Source: a virus. Taken from it: a DNA stretch of 33,567 nt. The first letter of the stretch is position 1. Every line of letters starts with the position of its first letter. Location of the stretch: the IMG/VR virus record IMGVR_UViG_3300029452_000005. One strand, 5' to 3'. Made by a program: the position numbers and the translations under genes. This document shows positions 15,059 through 23,735 of the stretch, piece by piece. The notes below the pieces were generated by a model that had not been told where the DNA came from, made no database searches, and was given only the letters and a program-made list of their open reading frames with translations.

Positions 15059-15631
15059 CTACCATTTCGCAAATGTATAAAGCGCGGTGGCTCCTTTAAA
15101 CTGCTTACCGTCAAAATGCGCTAAACCTTGAAAGTCGCCCGCTTGATACCCTATAGTTTCGTATACCTTTCCTGTTTCCAGTACTGTAACGCCGCCCATT
15201 ATGCGATGTGCTTTATTTAGATTAATTTTGTACACGTCAACTTTGTTTTCATCGGTATTTTCAACAACTGCGGTTCTATCGCTTTTTTCTATAGCTTCCT
15301 TCGGAATATTCGGCGATTTATCCTTGATAGCATTTTTTGTTATGACTGCCGCATCATGTAACGTTGGCGCCTGTGTATAATACGTTGCCACAGGTTCAGC
15401 ACTTTCCTTATAGGAAATAACTTCCGTTGCTTCCTTCGGCGTGATTTTTAATGTATCCGCCATTTTGTGCGGGTTCTTCGCTATGGTCTGATTGATAATA
15501 ACCGGTTCTTGTAGCTTTTTGGTATGCATCATATTATAGGCGAACAGGCCAGCGACTACCACCAACAACATAAGTAATGCTACTGTGATAACTGGCAAAT
15601 ACGCTTTTATGAATTGCTTGATAGTATCCAT
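15059..15631 (-). CDS. N-terminally membrane-anchored protein downstream of the endolysin (lysis-accessory candidate)
   Basis: It has a single N-terminal TM segment (LPVITVALLMLLVVVAGLFAY) and no Cys or lipobox. The C-terminal part looks beta-rich and ends ALYTFAKW. It lies 12 nt after the endolysin gene. Confidence 0.6.
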   Translation of the reverse strand: MDTIKQFIKAYLPVITVALLMLLVVVAGLFAYNMMHTKKLQEPVIINQTIAKNPHKMADTLKITPKEATEVISYKESAEPVATYYTQAPTLHDAAVITKNAIKDKSPNIPKEAIEKSDRTAVVENTDENKVDVYKINLNKAHRIMGGVTVLETGKVYETIGYQAGDFQGLAHFDGKQFKGATALYTFAKW

Positions 15632-15643
15632 ACAATACCCCCG

Positions 15644-16240
15644 TTAGATAGGCCAATTCAATACTAAATCCGCATCAAATTCCTTACCTTCAATATTTTC
15701 AGTAAATGTATATTGCCACAAATTAGCGCCTTCATAGTCGCATTGGCTATTTAATTGTGCGCACCAAATAGCGCAACCGCCTAACTGGTTAACGTCTAAT
15801 ACATTTACTAACCAGTCATAACTAGCATATAAGCCGGTATTTACATAACCAGCTTGCCATAACTTATTGATGAACACGCTGCAAATATTTGTTAATTGCT
15901 GATCCGTAGGCATGCCATGTTCTGCCTTGTAATCGTCAGCATCTTCCATGTCGAACCATACGCCCATTGGCAATTTATCCACAGTCAAGCCGGCATCATT
16001 AAGTGTATTTAATACAAATTCTGCTTCTTCTGCTGCATGTTCTTCGTTCATAGCATACGAATAATGGTATACGCCAACTGACAAACCGGCATTAATAGCG
16101 CCATTAATATTGTTATAGAATTCACTATCTAAATTACCGCGGCCATATCCGATGCGAATAATAGCAAAATCAAACCCATTAGCCTTGACCGCGCCCCAAT
16201 CAACTACACCGTTATTTTCGCTTACATCAATACCCCTCAT
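15644..16240 (-). CDS. Endolysin, GH25 muramidase, catalytic domain only
   Basis: The N-terminus MRGIDVSENNGVVDWGAVKANGFDFAIIRIGYG is the GH25 signature. At 198 aa there is no room for a cell-wall-binding domain. Confidence 0.9.
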   Translation of the reverse strand: MRGIDVSENNGVVDWGAVKANGFDFAIIRIGYGRGNLDSEFYNNINGAINAGLSVGVYHYSYAMNEEHAAEEAEFVLNTLNDAGLTVDKLPMGVWFDMEDADDYKAEHGMPTDQQLTNICSVFINKLWQAGYVNTGLYASYDWLVNVLDVNQLGGCAIWCAQLNSQCDYEGANLWQYTFTENIEGKEFDADLVLNWPI

Positions 16241-16248
16241 GGTACCCC

Positions 16249-16782
16249 CTATAATTTAACTTTGTTTTCAATTTTAGTTCTAATTAAATCTAAGAATTTA
16301 CCTAGCATAACGTTTCCGCCGTCGCGTAGGTTTTCCATAATAGATAGGAATTCACAGGAACCCAAATACAACCAAACCAACGATACCGCAAATTGCTTTT
16401 GACCGCTCATTTCATCGAATAATACGGCCGCCATTGTAGCCGCTACATACGTTAAAATTTTGAACACAAAACCTTTTCGCATATATCGGCTAGAAATTAG
16501 GCCCTTTTCAAACGCCAACGGTATTGCGCGGTACTTTTCCCATACGGCCATTTGGTCTTTATTGTATCCGTATTCATCAATTAACATTTGATAGGCAATA
16601 GCCGCCCATTTAGTGAAAAGGTCGATAAATACCAATAAAATAAACACGCCCAAAATCTGGACGTGTTTAATTCCAATTACCCATATGGCAACGGCAGCCG
16701 CACCGCTTAATATTGCTTTCAGTACAAAACTATCTGTTAAAGAGTTCCAACCCTCAACAAAAAACTTCAAAATAAACTCCAT
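16249..16782 (-). CDS. Holin (phage_holin_4 / LL-H-type family)
   Basis: It has several TM segments and the family-typical C-terminal motif GSCEFLSIMENL. It lies immediately upstream of the endolysin. Confidence 0.8.
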   Translation of the reverse strand: MEFILKFFVEGWNSLTDSFVLKAILSGAAAVAIWVIGIKHVQILGVFILLVFIDLFTKWAAIAYQMLIDEYGYNKDQMAVWEKYRAIPLAFEKGLISSRYMRKGFVFKILTYVAATMAAVLFDEMSGQKQFAVSLVWLYLGSCEFLSIMENLRDGGNVMLGKFLDLIRTKIENKVKL

Positions 16783-16793
16783 TATGCGCCCCT

Positions 16794-19700
16794 TTATTTA
16801 ACCTTACCTAAACCATAAACGCTGCGCGCTATATTGGCTTTTCTCATATTAATTTTGTCTAATTGTTCCCTCTTTTGTTCGCCGCTCATGCGTTCATTAT
16901 TAATGATCGCCTTAGATGCTTTGTTCAAACCTTTTAGGCTATCACTTGCATTTTTGAGTTTTGCGAATTCCTTGGCATCGTATCCTTCCGGCCGTTGCCC
17001 TGTTAATTTGAATTCATTATGTAGCTTTTCTTGCTCCTTATAATCATCATATACCCTCTGTACACTATCCGATGATTGATAAGGCGCCACCGTGAACCGT
17101 CTTATGCCCGGTGCTTCATACCATTTTTTAGATGCATTATTTTCTTTTGCGCCAGAAATAGCATCAATAATGCTCAAACCGGAACCAGCAAGCCCGCCGC
17201 CATACCCTCTTATTGTATTGTCTACAATATATGGCGAAACGTTAAATTTATCACCTACGAATTTTGCTAATTCGCTTGTATTAGCGCCGTATTGTAGGCG
17301 TGCCGGTAAATTTTCCTGTGATTGTGGAATGAGATTACGTTGTCTAAACAATGATTTATTAGTCATAGCTTCAAAGGCTGGTATCATTGCAGTAGGCATA
17401 AGGCTAGGTGTCATGCTATCAATAACACGTTCACCGAAACCGTCAAACCCAACGCTTTTGCGCCCGTTTTTCTTATCGTCCATGTATTGTAACATTCTTT
17501 CAAACGCCGTGCCGAATAAAATACCAGCTTCAAATGGCTTAGGAATACGATACATATTTTCTTTCCCCGGAATAATCCAGAATGTATCTTTTTCCCATTG
17601 CGGTATTTCTTGATATCGCGGATCATCTTTATTTATATTCCATAACATAATACTAGGAAGCGTGATATAAAGAAACGCCTTAATTGTTGTACCGCGCGGG
17701 TCTTCAATAAATGTACGCGCCATTTTGTCTGTGCCTTGAATTGCAGCATTGAAAAAGGCTATTATTTGATTTAATTTCTTTGTATGCGTACCTCTACGGC
17801 TGAAATCTAGCGTTATATCACGGCTTTCAAGTGCTGCTTCGCGTGTAGATAAAGGCGCCCTTTCCTTACTGAACAAACGGTTGCCAATACTTGTATAACC
17901 TTTTTTGGCGTTATCAAATTCAGCCAACCGCGTTGCCATTTCTGTTGCTTCGCTCATAGCACGCAATGCTTCAATAGGGTTTTTAATTAACTTCGTGAAT
18001 TTGCTTTCACGTCTAACAATATCGCGAACTTTACCGCCTAAATAATCACGGTCTAACGAAACCATTGCCGCATGTGCTGCGCCGGATTTTTGGTATTCCC
18101 AGAATAAATCGCCTTTTTTTAGGTATAACGCTAGTCCCTTAAAGGTATCAACAATAGGAATAAAACCATGTTTTGAGTAAACTGTAGCGCCTATCATATC
18201 GCGTACAGGGTTACTCAAAATAAATTCTAATGACAATGTAGCGCCAGCACGTAACCAGCTTGCCGGATAAGACAATATTTTAACAACCATGTTTGATTGT
18301 TCCTTATCTAACATGCGCATAGTTTGCACTAATTCCGGCGTTGTTTCATACGTTGTCTTTTTGCCGTTTTTCCAAACATTAAAGGTATTATCTGTTGCTG
18401 CTTTGTTCCCGTGTACACGTTCGACAATTCTCCCCATTCCCGGTTTATCGGCAAGTTTTGCGAATGTACGGCCAACGTGATTGCGTTCTATTGCATTAAC
18501 AAATTGGAAGGTATTCTTTATGATACTTTCCAACGGATCAATAATATCGCGCGTACTACCTTTAAAACGTTTAACCGGACTAGATACATCAATAAAGCCT
18601 TTACTACCAGATAAGAACGATTGCATGCCAACGTCTGACATTTCACGGAAGAATGGAATATAATGCGGGTACATTTTACGCATTGCGTGATATGCCTTAA
18701 CCGTCAACATTCCTTCTTTCACTAGCATTTGCAATAGATAATCTTGATATTTATAAATTTCTTTAGCCGCCTTTCGGAAATGTTCATTGCCCGCATGTTT
18801 ACCTACAACGGCAGCATCGTCTAAATAATCAAACGTTGCTTTTTGTTTATTGCGGTGTAAATCTAAATCATGCAATGCTACAAGGTATGCGGAAAAATCT
18901 TTATGTTCCTTTTTGCTAATAGTATTTACAATTTCTTCAAGTCCTTTTATGCCACGTTCTGGTGCACCGTGTTCAAGAAGTGCTTCAGCCTTACCGGCCC
19001 AGCCACGCGCTAACCACGCTTGAAAGAACACGTTATCTTCAAACGCTATTTTTTCGCCCGTTTCTTTTTCAATTTGATCCATTAATTCTTTTAACGGGTT
19101 TAACTCATCAACAAACGCGGTATATGCTTCGCTTTTTGCTTTGGCTATTGCATCTTTAACTTCGCCACGTTTAACCGCATCAATAGCTTGGCTAACTTTC
19201 CCCTTACTTTCAAAAGAAATGCTCCCTTTGATGCGTTCCGCGCCGCCTTGACGGTGCCATTCATGAACCAGCTTCGATAATTTATTGGTGATGCCGTTTA
19301 ATTCCGGTTCTTTTACAATCGCTTCCGTAAAGTGTTTATAGAATTCTGGGAATTCCCGTTTTGCTTTGGTGCGATCACTTACATAGTCCTTAAAGAATTC
19401 TGCGTAACCTTCGCCGCGTATACCGTCAATACCTAATTTATTGTATGCTTTACCGAAACGGTCTTGAATAACGCCGTTAAATTCGGTATTGAACCGTGCA
19501 TCTTTACTGAAACCGAAATAATTATCTACATAATGCCCCAATTCATGCATGATAACCGGAATTTCGCCATAATTACCGCTACGAATTACATCGGTTTTAG
19601 TATTATACCAGCCGCGTACATTATCACGGCCCAAACGGCCACTTTTAACGCGTTGATTAAATAGGTTATTTACCGCATCAAGAATTTCCTTGCGTGTAAC

Positions 19701-22052
19701 GCTTCGGCCTAACCGCTCTACTTCATCAATGCCAGTATGTGGCGTTTCGTTACTTTTAACGCTATATTGTAGCGGTTCCGTAGGTCTAACGCCTTTACTT
19801 TCTAAATAACGATTTGCCATTGCTTCGTTGCCGTCAAAGGCTTTCACCATAGCTTCGTGTACTTGCTCATGCGTTGCATTGTCTAATAGCTGGCTAGGTT
19901 GCTGCTCGTATTTGCTCACGCCACCTTCTACCGGTTCCGCTTGTAACGTTTTAAGTTCTTGCGTATCGGTGATTAATTCGGCAGCACGTTCACGTCTAAC
20001 ATGTTCCATGTATTCATGGTTCAATGCTTCAACTGGTACGTCTAACTTTTCTGATAATTTGACTTTTACCGTTTCCAATTCCGCTTTTGGAATATCCGGT
20101 TTTGTTGCCCGGTTCAAGTCTTGCAAAATTTCTGTATTAGAATGTACTTTGTTTTCTAATTCAGTAAATCGTGTTTCAGATGCATCATTTTTTAATTCGT
20201 TTATGATAGTTTCTTTTGCTTTTTGCGGTAAATCGTCAAGCGCATTTCGTAAACTTTCGTTTGGTGCATCTTCTTCATACCTAAATTGAGTACTTGCATC
20301 GTTTTCAAGTGCTTTTTCTTCAAATTTAGGTTTTTCACCCTCTACAAAGTCAGTATTTATGCGGTCTTTCGGTTGAAATTCATTTATTTCGCCTGTACGG
20401 GCCGTTTCGCCTTCGCCTTGATAGTTTATACCTAAATCGTCAGTTTTAACCTGTTTTTTATCGGTATTTTCTACAAAACTGTTTAAATCGGTATGTGTTT
20501 CTTCGCCGCTTACTGGTTTTTCGTTTTCTATAAACTCATCTTTAAACGGTTGTTCATTACCTCTATAGTTAGGGTCTAGCGTACTATCTTTAAACGATGT
20601 ATTATCACGTGGCCTATTTTCATATTTACCATAATTGCCGTCGAATGTTTCTTTAGCAATTTGCGCCCGTACATCATCATGTGCAACTGCTGGGTCTGGT
20701 CTTTCATAATTTTTTCGTATGATAACGGCCATTTCTTCCGGTGTTGCATCTGGGCGCGCGCGCATCGCTTCAAGTGCAGCGCTTTCGGTATTGTGTAATT
20801 CCCATACGCTGAAATCAACTTGCGTTCTCCAATCCCACGGATCTAATCCGCGACTTTCCGCAAATTTTAACAAACCTTTTTCGCCGTTCAATCTGTCGCC
20901 AGTAAATTGAACCAAACCACGGGAACCGTACCCGTCGCCACTTGTAACGGTCGTATTGAAACTACTTTCGGCTCCGATATTACCAGTCATGGCAGCCGCT
21001 TCAACGTCGCTTAACCCATTTTGACGATATCGGTTATATATATCCGCTTGGATATTACCGGTTTCACCTTCCATAGGTTGACCGTTCAAACCACCTTCGG
21101 AGTATTCGCGCGGTTCTACTGCTTTAGGTTCTTCCGGTACGGGTACATCATCAAACGCGTTATACATTACGCCTTCTTCCATTGTTGGCGCATCTTTTGT
21201 AAAACGTTCGCCAATATCTTCAAAGGCATTAGATGCTTTTTCTTTGATGTGTTCCGCTGCATGTCCTACACGCTCACCGATTGCCCCGGATACCTTTTTA
21301 GGTGTTGCCCCGTGTATCATGGCAGCCGGTAAAAATACGTCGCCCCATAAATTAGTAGGGTTCATGGCTATATTTTTAGCAAATTCCCCCGGGTCGTCAA
21401 TTAAGCGTTCTACTGGCTCGGCCACAGGGTCTACTATAAGATTTTTCGCCGTAGCTACATATTTATTCCCTAAAATTCCGTCTGGTGCCGTTCCGTCATT
21501 TTCTGCGGTTGCATTGGCGTTATACATATCAACCGTATCACTTGCAATCGTAGGCGCGGCAAGAACGCCAGCAGCTATTCGCACCGGTGGTGGAACATAC
21601 GGAGTAATTGCTAGATATCCAGCCGGCTTACCAACTGCGGCGTTATAGGTTTCAACGTGCGCTTTACCTAACCCCGGTGTAGCATATTCGTCGATAAACT
21701 CCCCATTATCATCAAATTTAGAAAAGTTATCGCCATTAGCATTAATCGCATTGGCAGCACTTTTAGAATACTCATTACCTAGATTGTTCGCTTTGTTTAC
21801 TACATCATCTTTCCAGTTGGTTAACGTATTGCCTACATTGTCGTTAATTTCTTTGCCGGTTTTATCAATCCATTCAATATTATTTTTAACACCATTAGCA
21901 ACATATTCGGCATTATTTTTAACGCTATCCCAAAACGTAGGCTTGGGCGCGTTGCCTACATCATAACCGTATTCGGTTGTTATATCTTCAAAGGCGTTAC
22001 CGTTTCCAGCTGCCTTGCCGTATTGGCTTGTAATATCATCAAACGCACCCAT
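16794..22052 (-). CDS. 1752-aa virion-associated polyvalent protein (ejection / internal-protein candidate) with a tail-lysozyme domain and an HELGH zincin motif
   Basis: Residues of about 335-455 (20688-21050) read AAAMTGNIGAESSFN...SRGLVQFTGDRL...QVDFSVWEL, matching the phage tail lysozyme (Phage_lysozyme2) pattern. IPVIMHELGHYVDNYFG lies at residues 831-847 (HELGH at 19533-19547). An acidic linker spans residues of about 480-760. The C-terminal region of about 850 aa is uncharacterised. It is the last structural gene before lysis. Confidence 0.8.
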   Translation of the reverse strand: MGAFDDITSQYGKAAGNGNAFEDITTEYGYDVGNAPKPTFWDSVKNNAEYVANGVKNNIEWIDKTGKEINDNVGNTLTNWKDDVVNKANNLGNEYSKSAANAINANGDNFSKFDDNGEFIDEYATPGLGKAHVETYNAAVGKPAGYLAITPYVPPPVRIAAGVLAAPTIASDTVDMYNANATAENDGTAPDGILGNKYVATAKNLIVDPVAEPVERLIDDPGEFAKNIAMNPTNLWGDVFLPAAMIHGATPKKVSGAIGERVGHAAEHIKEKASNAFEDIGERFTKDAPTMEEGVMYNAFDDVPVPEEPKAVEPREYSEGGLNGQPMEGETGNIQADIYNRYRQNGLSDVEAAAMTGNIGAESSFNTTVTSGDGYGSRGLVQFTGDRLNGEKGLLKFAESRGLDPWDWRTQVDFSVWELHNTESAALEAMRARPDATPEEMAVIIRKNYERPDPAVAHDDVRAQIAKETFDGNYGKYENRPRDNTSFKDSTLDPNYRGNEQPFKDEFIENEKPVSGEETHTDLNSFVENTDKKQVKTDDLGINYQGEGETARTGEINEFQPKDRINTDFVEGEKPKFEEKALENDASTQFRYEEDAPNESLRNALDDLPQKAKETIINELKNDASETRFTELENKVHSNTEILQDLNRATKPDIPKAELETVKVKLSEKLDVPVEALNHEYMEHVRRERAAELITDTQELKTLQAEPVEGGVSKYEQQPSQLLDNATHEQVHEAMVKAFDGNEAMANRYLESKGVRPTEPLQYSVKSNETPHTGIDEVERLGRSVTRKEILDAVNNLFNQRVKSGRLGRDNVRGWYNTKTDVIRSGNYGEIPVIMHELGHYVDNYFGFSKDARFNTEFNGVIQDRFGKAYNKLGIDGIRGEGYAEFFKDYVSDRTKAKREFPEFYKHFTEAIVKEPELNGITNKLSKLVHEWHRQGGAERIKGSISFESKGKVSQAIDAVKRGEVKDAIAKAKSEAYTAFVDELNPLKELMDQIEKETGEKIAFEDNVFFQAWLARGWAGKAEALLEHGAPERGIKGLEEIVNTISKKEHKDFSAYLVALHDLDLHRNKQKATFDYLDDAAVVGKHAGNEHFRKAAKEIYKYQDYLLQMLVKEGMLTVKAYHAMRKMYPHYIPFFREMSDVGMQSFLSGSKGFIDVSSPVKRFKGSTRDIIDPLESIIKNTFQFVNAIERNHVGRTFAKLADKPGMGRIVERVHGNKAATDNTFNVWKNGKKTTYETTPELVQTMRMLDKEQSNMVVKILSYPASWLRAGATLSLEFILSNPVRDMIGATVYSKHGFIPIVDTFKGLALYLKKGDLFWEYQKSGAAHAAMVSLDRDYLGGKVRDIVRRESKFTKLIKNPIEALRAMSEATEMATRLAEFDNAKKGYTSIGNRLFSKERAPLSTREAALESRDITLDFSRRGTHTKKLNQIIAFFNAAIQGTDKMARTFIEDPRGTTIKAFLYITLPSIMLWNINKDDPRYQEIPQWEKDTFWIIPGKENMYRIPKPFEAGILFGTAFERMLQYMDDKKNGRKSVGFDGFGERVIDSMTPSLMPTAMIPAFEAMTNKSLFRQRNLIPQSQENLPARLQYGANTSELAKFVGDKFNVSPYIVDNTIRGYGGGLAGSGLSIIDAISGAKENNASKKWYEAPGIRRFTVAPYQSSDSVQRVYDDYKEQEKLHNEFKLTGQRPEGYDAKEFAKLKNASDSLKGLNKASKAIINNERMSGEQKREQLDKINMRKANIARSVYGLGKVK

Positions 22053-22069
22053 AGTCTACCCCTTTATAT

Positions 22070-23731
22070 TTAATAAGACTTTAACCACGATTTATATTGA
22101 CCGTATCCGGCCGCATCAAGTTCCGCCGCAATCTGATCATCACTCCAGCCTTGCGCTGAAAGTTCATTCATTCGCTTGGAAATTGCTGCTTGTTCTTCGC
22201 TTGAATAAGTAGGTTGCCGTTTAACCGTTGGCGTTCCAGCAGCACCACCACCGCCAGCAGTAGGCGCACCACTTAACGCACTTTGTAATTGCCCGTAATA
22301 AGGACTTTCAGTTTCCGCTTTATCTGGGTTAGCTTTCACCCATGCGGTATGCTGCGCGGAAAGTGTACGTAATACTTGCGCATTATATCCGCTAGTGCCG
22401 GACTGTGTAGCCGTTGCCGGTTTAACGTGAGTACCTACATATTTCATGCTGCCGTCTGTTCCAACAATATACGTTTTACCGTCTGGCATAACTTTAATGT
22501 TTTTAGCCCCGAAATTACCGATATTTTTCATTTGGCCGTCTGGTGTCATAACAATAACTTGACCGTTCGCAAATTGTTTTGTTTCAACCTTGCCATAACC
22601 GCCCATATCTTGAATAGTACCGTCGCCCATGTTGTATCGTACAATATGGCCGTTTTGCGCACTACTGAATTTATAATCCGGTTTATCCAACGCCGCAATA
22701 GAATTCAAGTTATTCATATCAATAGTACCAGCGCCAATCTTACCGGCAAGGTAGTTGTATCTTGCAACGGCTGGCGCCAATCCTTTAACCCGTTTTGTGT
22801 TATAGGTATCTACAACCGGGTTGCCGTCTTTATCCTGTGTAAATACAAGATTGTTCATGATTTGCTGGCGCATTGGTTCAAGCACTTTTTCTTGATATTC
22901 GTTGACTTGCTGCATGTACATATTATTAACGTCAGTTTGATATTGTTCGCTGGCTAACCCTTGCGCCGTCTTAAAATCAAAACCGGCTTTAACTAGGGCC
23001 AACGTATTGGCCCCTAGTTGTTTACGTGCTTCGCTTGTTACGCTTGCTTTATCTGGTATAGAGTATTGGCCCGGCGCTTTATCCGCATCAGTATTACCAT
23101 TTTCTACCGATTTGGGCGCCCCATGAAAAGGTACGTTCGCCCGTTGTTGCATCATTTCTTGATATGATTGCGGTACCCCTGTATTAATACCAGTATTATT
23201 TAGATTTTGAAAATTCCATAACCCCGTGTTTTGTTGCGGTTGCGCTGGCGCCGCTGGCATTTGTGGTGCTTGCGCTGCCTGTGCTTGCAACTGCTTTTGT
23301 AATGTAGGGCTTGGCTCATTCATATAAGCGTTAAAGCGTTGATCAGTAACAGGGTTAGCCGGTGCATCTGTGTTAGCTTGCATCGGTTGTGCTGGTGCGG
23401 CTGGATTTTGACCGCCCCATAAACCGATATTATTCTTTTGCATCAAGTTATTGGCAAATGTGTTATTGGAATTAGATAATAACTGGTTGATTTGACCGGC
23501 GCTATTAGGTTGTTGCATACCCATTCCCGCCATGCGGTTATTATTATCCACAATTTGCGGCGTGTTCGGGTCTTGTTCGCCGCCAGCACCACCGCCACCG
23601 CCTAGCATTGCTTGATAGCCTTTAGCCATTTTGTTATTCTGCAATGCACCTAAACGATGTGAGAAATATTGACCAGCTAATTCGCCTAACGCCGCCCATG
23701 GTTCAAAATCTTTTACGTAGATAACGCCCAT
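22070..23731 (-). CDS. 553-aa N/Q/P/A-rich putative ejection (internal virion) protein
   Basis: The N-terminal half is low-complexity (poly-Gly, PQMPAAPAQPQQN, runs of N and Q). The C-terminal half has repeated DG-containing beta-hairpin-like units (VMTPDGQMKNIG, VMPDGKTYIVGTDGSMKYVG). The function is assigned by position only. Confidence 0.6.
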   Translation of the reverse strand: MGVIYVKDFEPWAALGELAGQYFSHRLGALQNNKMAKGYQAMLGGGGGAGGEQDPNTPQIVDNNNRMAGMGMQQPNSAGQINQLLSNSNNTFANNLMQKNNIGLWGGQNPAAPAQPMQANTDAPANPVTDQRFNAYMNEPSPTLQKQLQAQAAQAPQMPAAPAQPQQNTGLWNFQNLNNTGINTGVPQSYQEMMQQRANVPFHGAPKSVENGNTDADKAPGQYSIPDKASVTSEARKQLGANTLALVKAGFDFKTAQGLASEQYQTDVNNMYMQQVNEYQEKVLEPMRQQIMNNLVFTQDKDGNPVVDTYNTKRVKGLAPAVARYNYLAGKIGAGTIDMNNLNSIAALDKPDYKFSSAQNGHIVRYNMGDGTIQDMGGYGKVETKQFANGQVIVMTPDGQMKNIGNFGAKNIKVMPDGKTYIVGTDGSMKYVGTHVKPATATQSGTSGYNAQVLRTLSAQHTAWVKANPDKAETESPYYGQLQSALSGAPTAGGGGAAGTPTVKRQPTYSSEEQAAISKRMNELSAQGWSDDQIAAELDAAGYGQYKSWLKSY

Positions 23732-23735
23732 TGTG

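Noticed and set aside
16794-22052. The 1752-aa protein might be a tape measure protein.
   Set aside because: There are no tail tube, sheath, or tail-assembly-chaperone (frameshift) genes, and no baseplate genes. The gene follows the fibre and ejection-protein genes in a podovirus-type order, and it carries enzyme-like domains separated by an acidic linker rather than a long uniform helical ruler.
17092-22957. Several long plus-strand ORFs (for example 17092-17613, 19828-20289, 21244-21648 and 22376-22957; also 6330-6893 and 31346-31846 elsewhere) lie antisense to the large minus-strand genes.
   Set aside because: They lie entirely inside well-supported minus-strand genes. They have low-complexity, Ser/Cys/Phe-rich translations typical of shadow frames, no SD sequences, and no operon logic. 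I treat them as non-coding.
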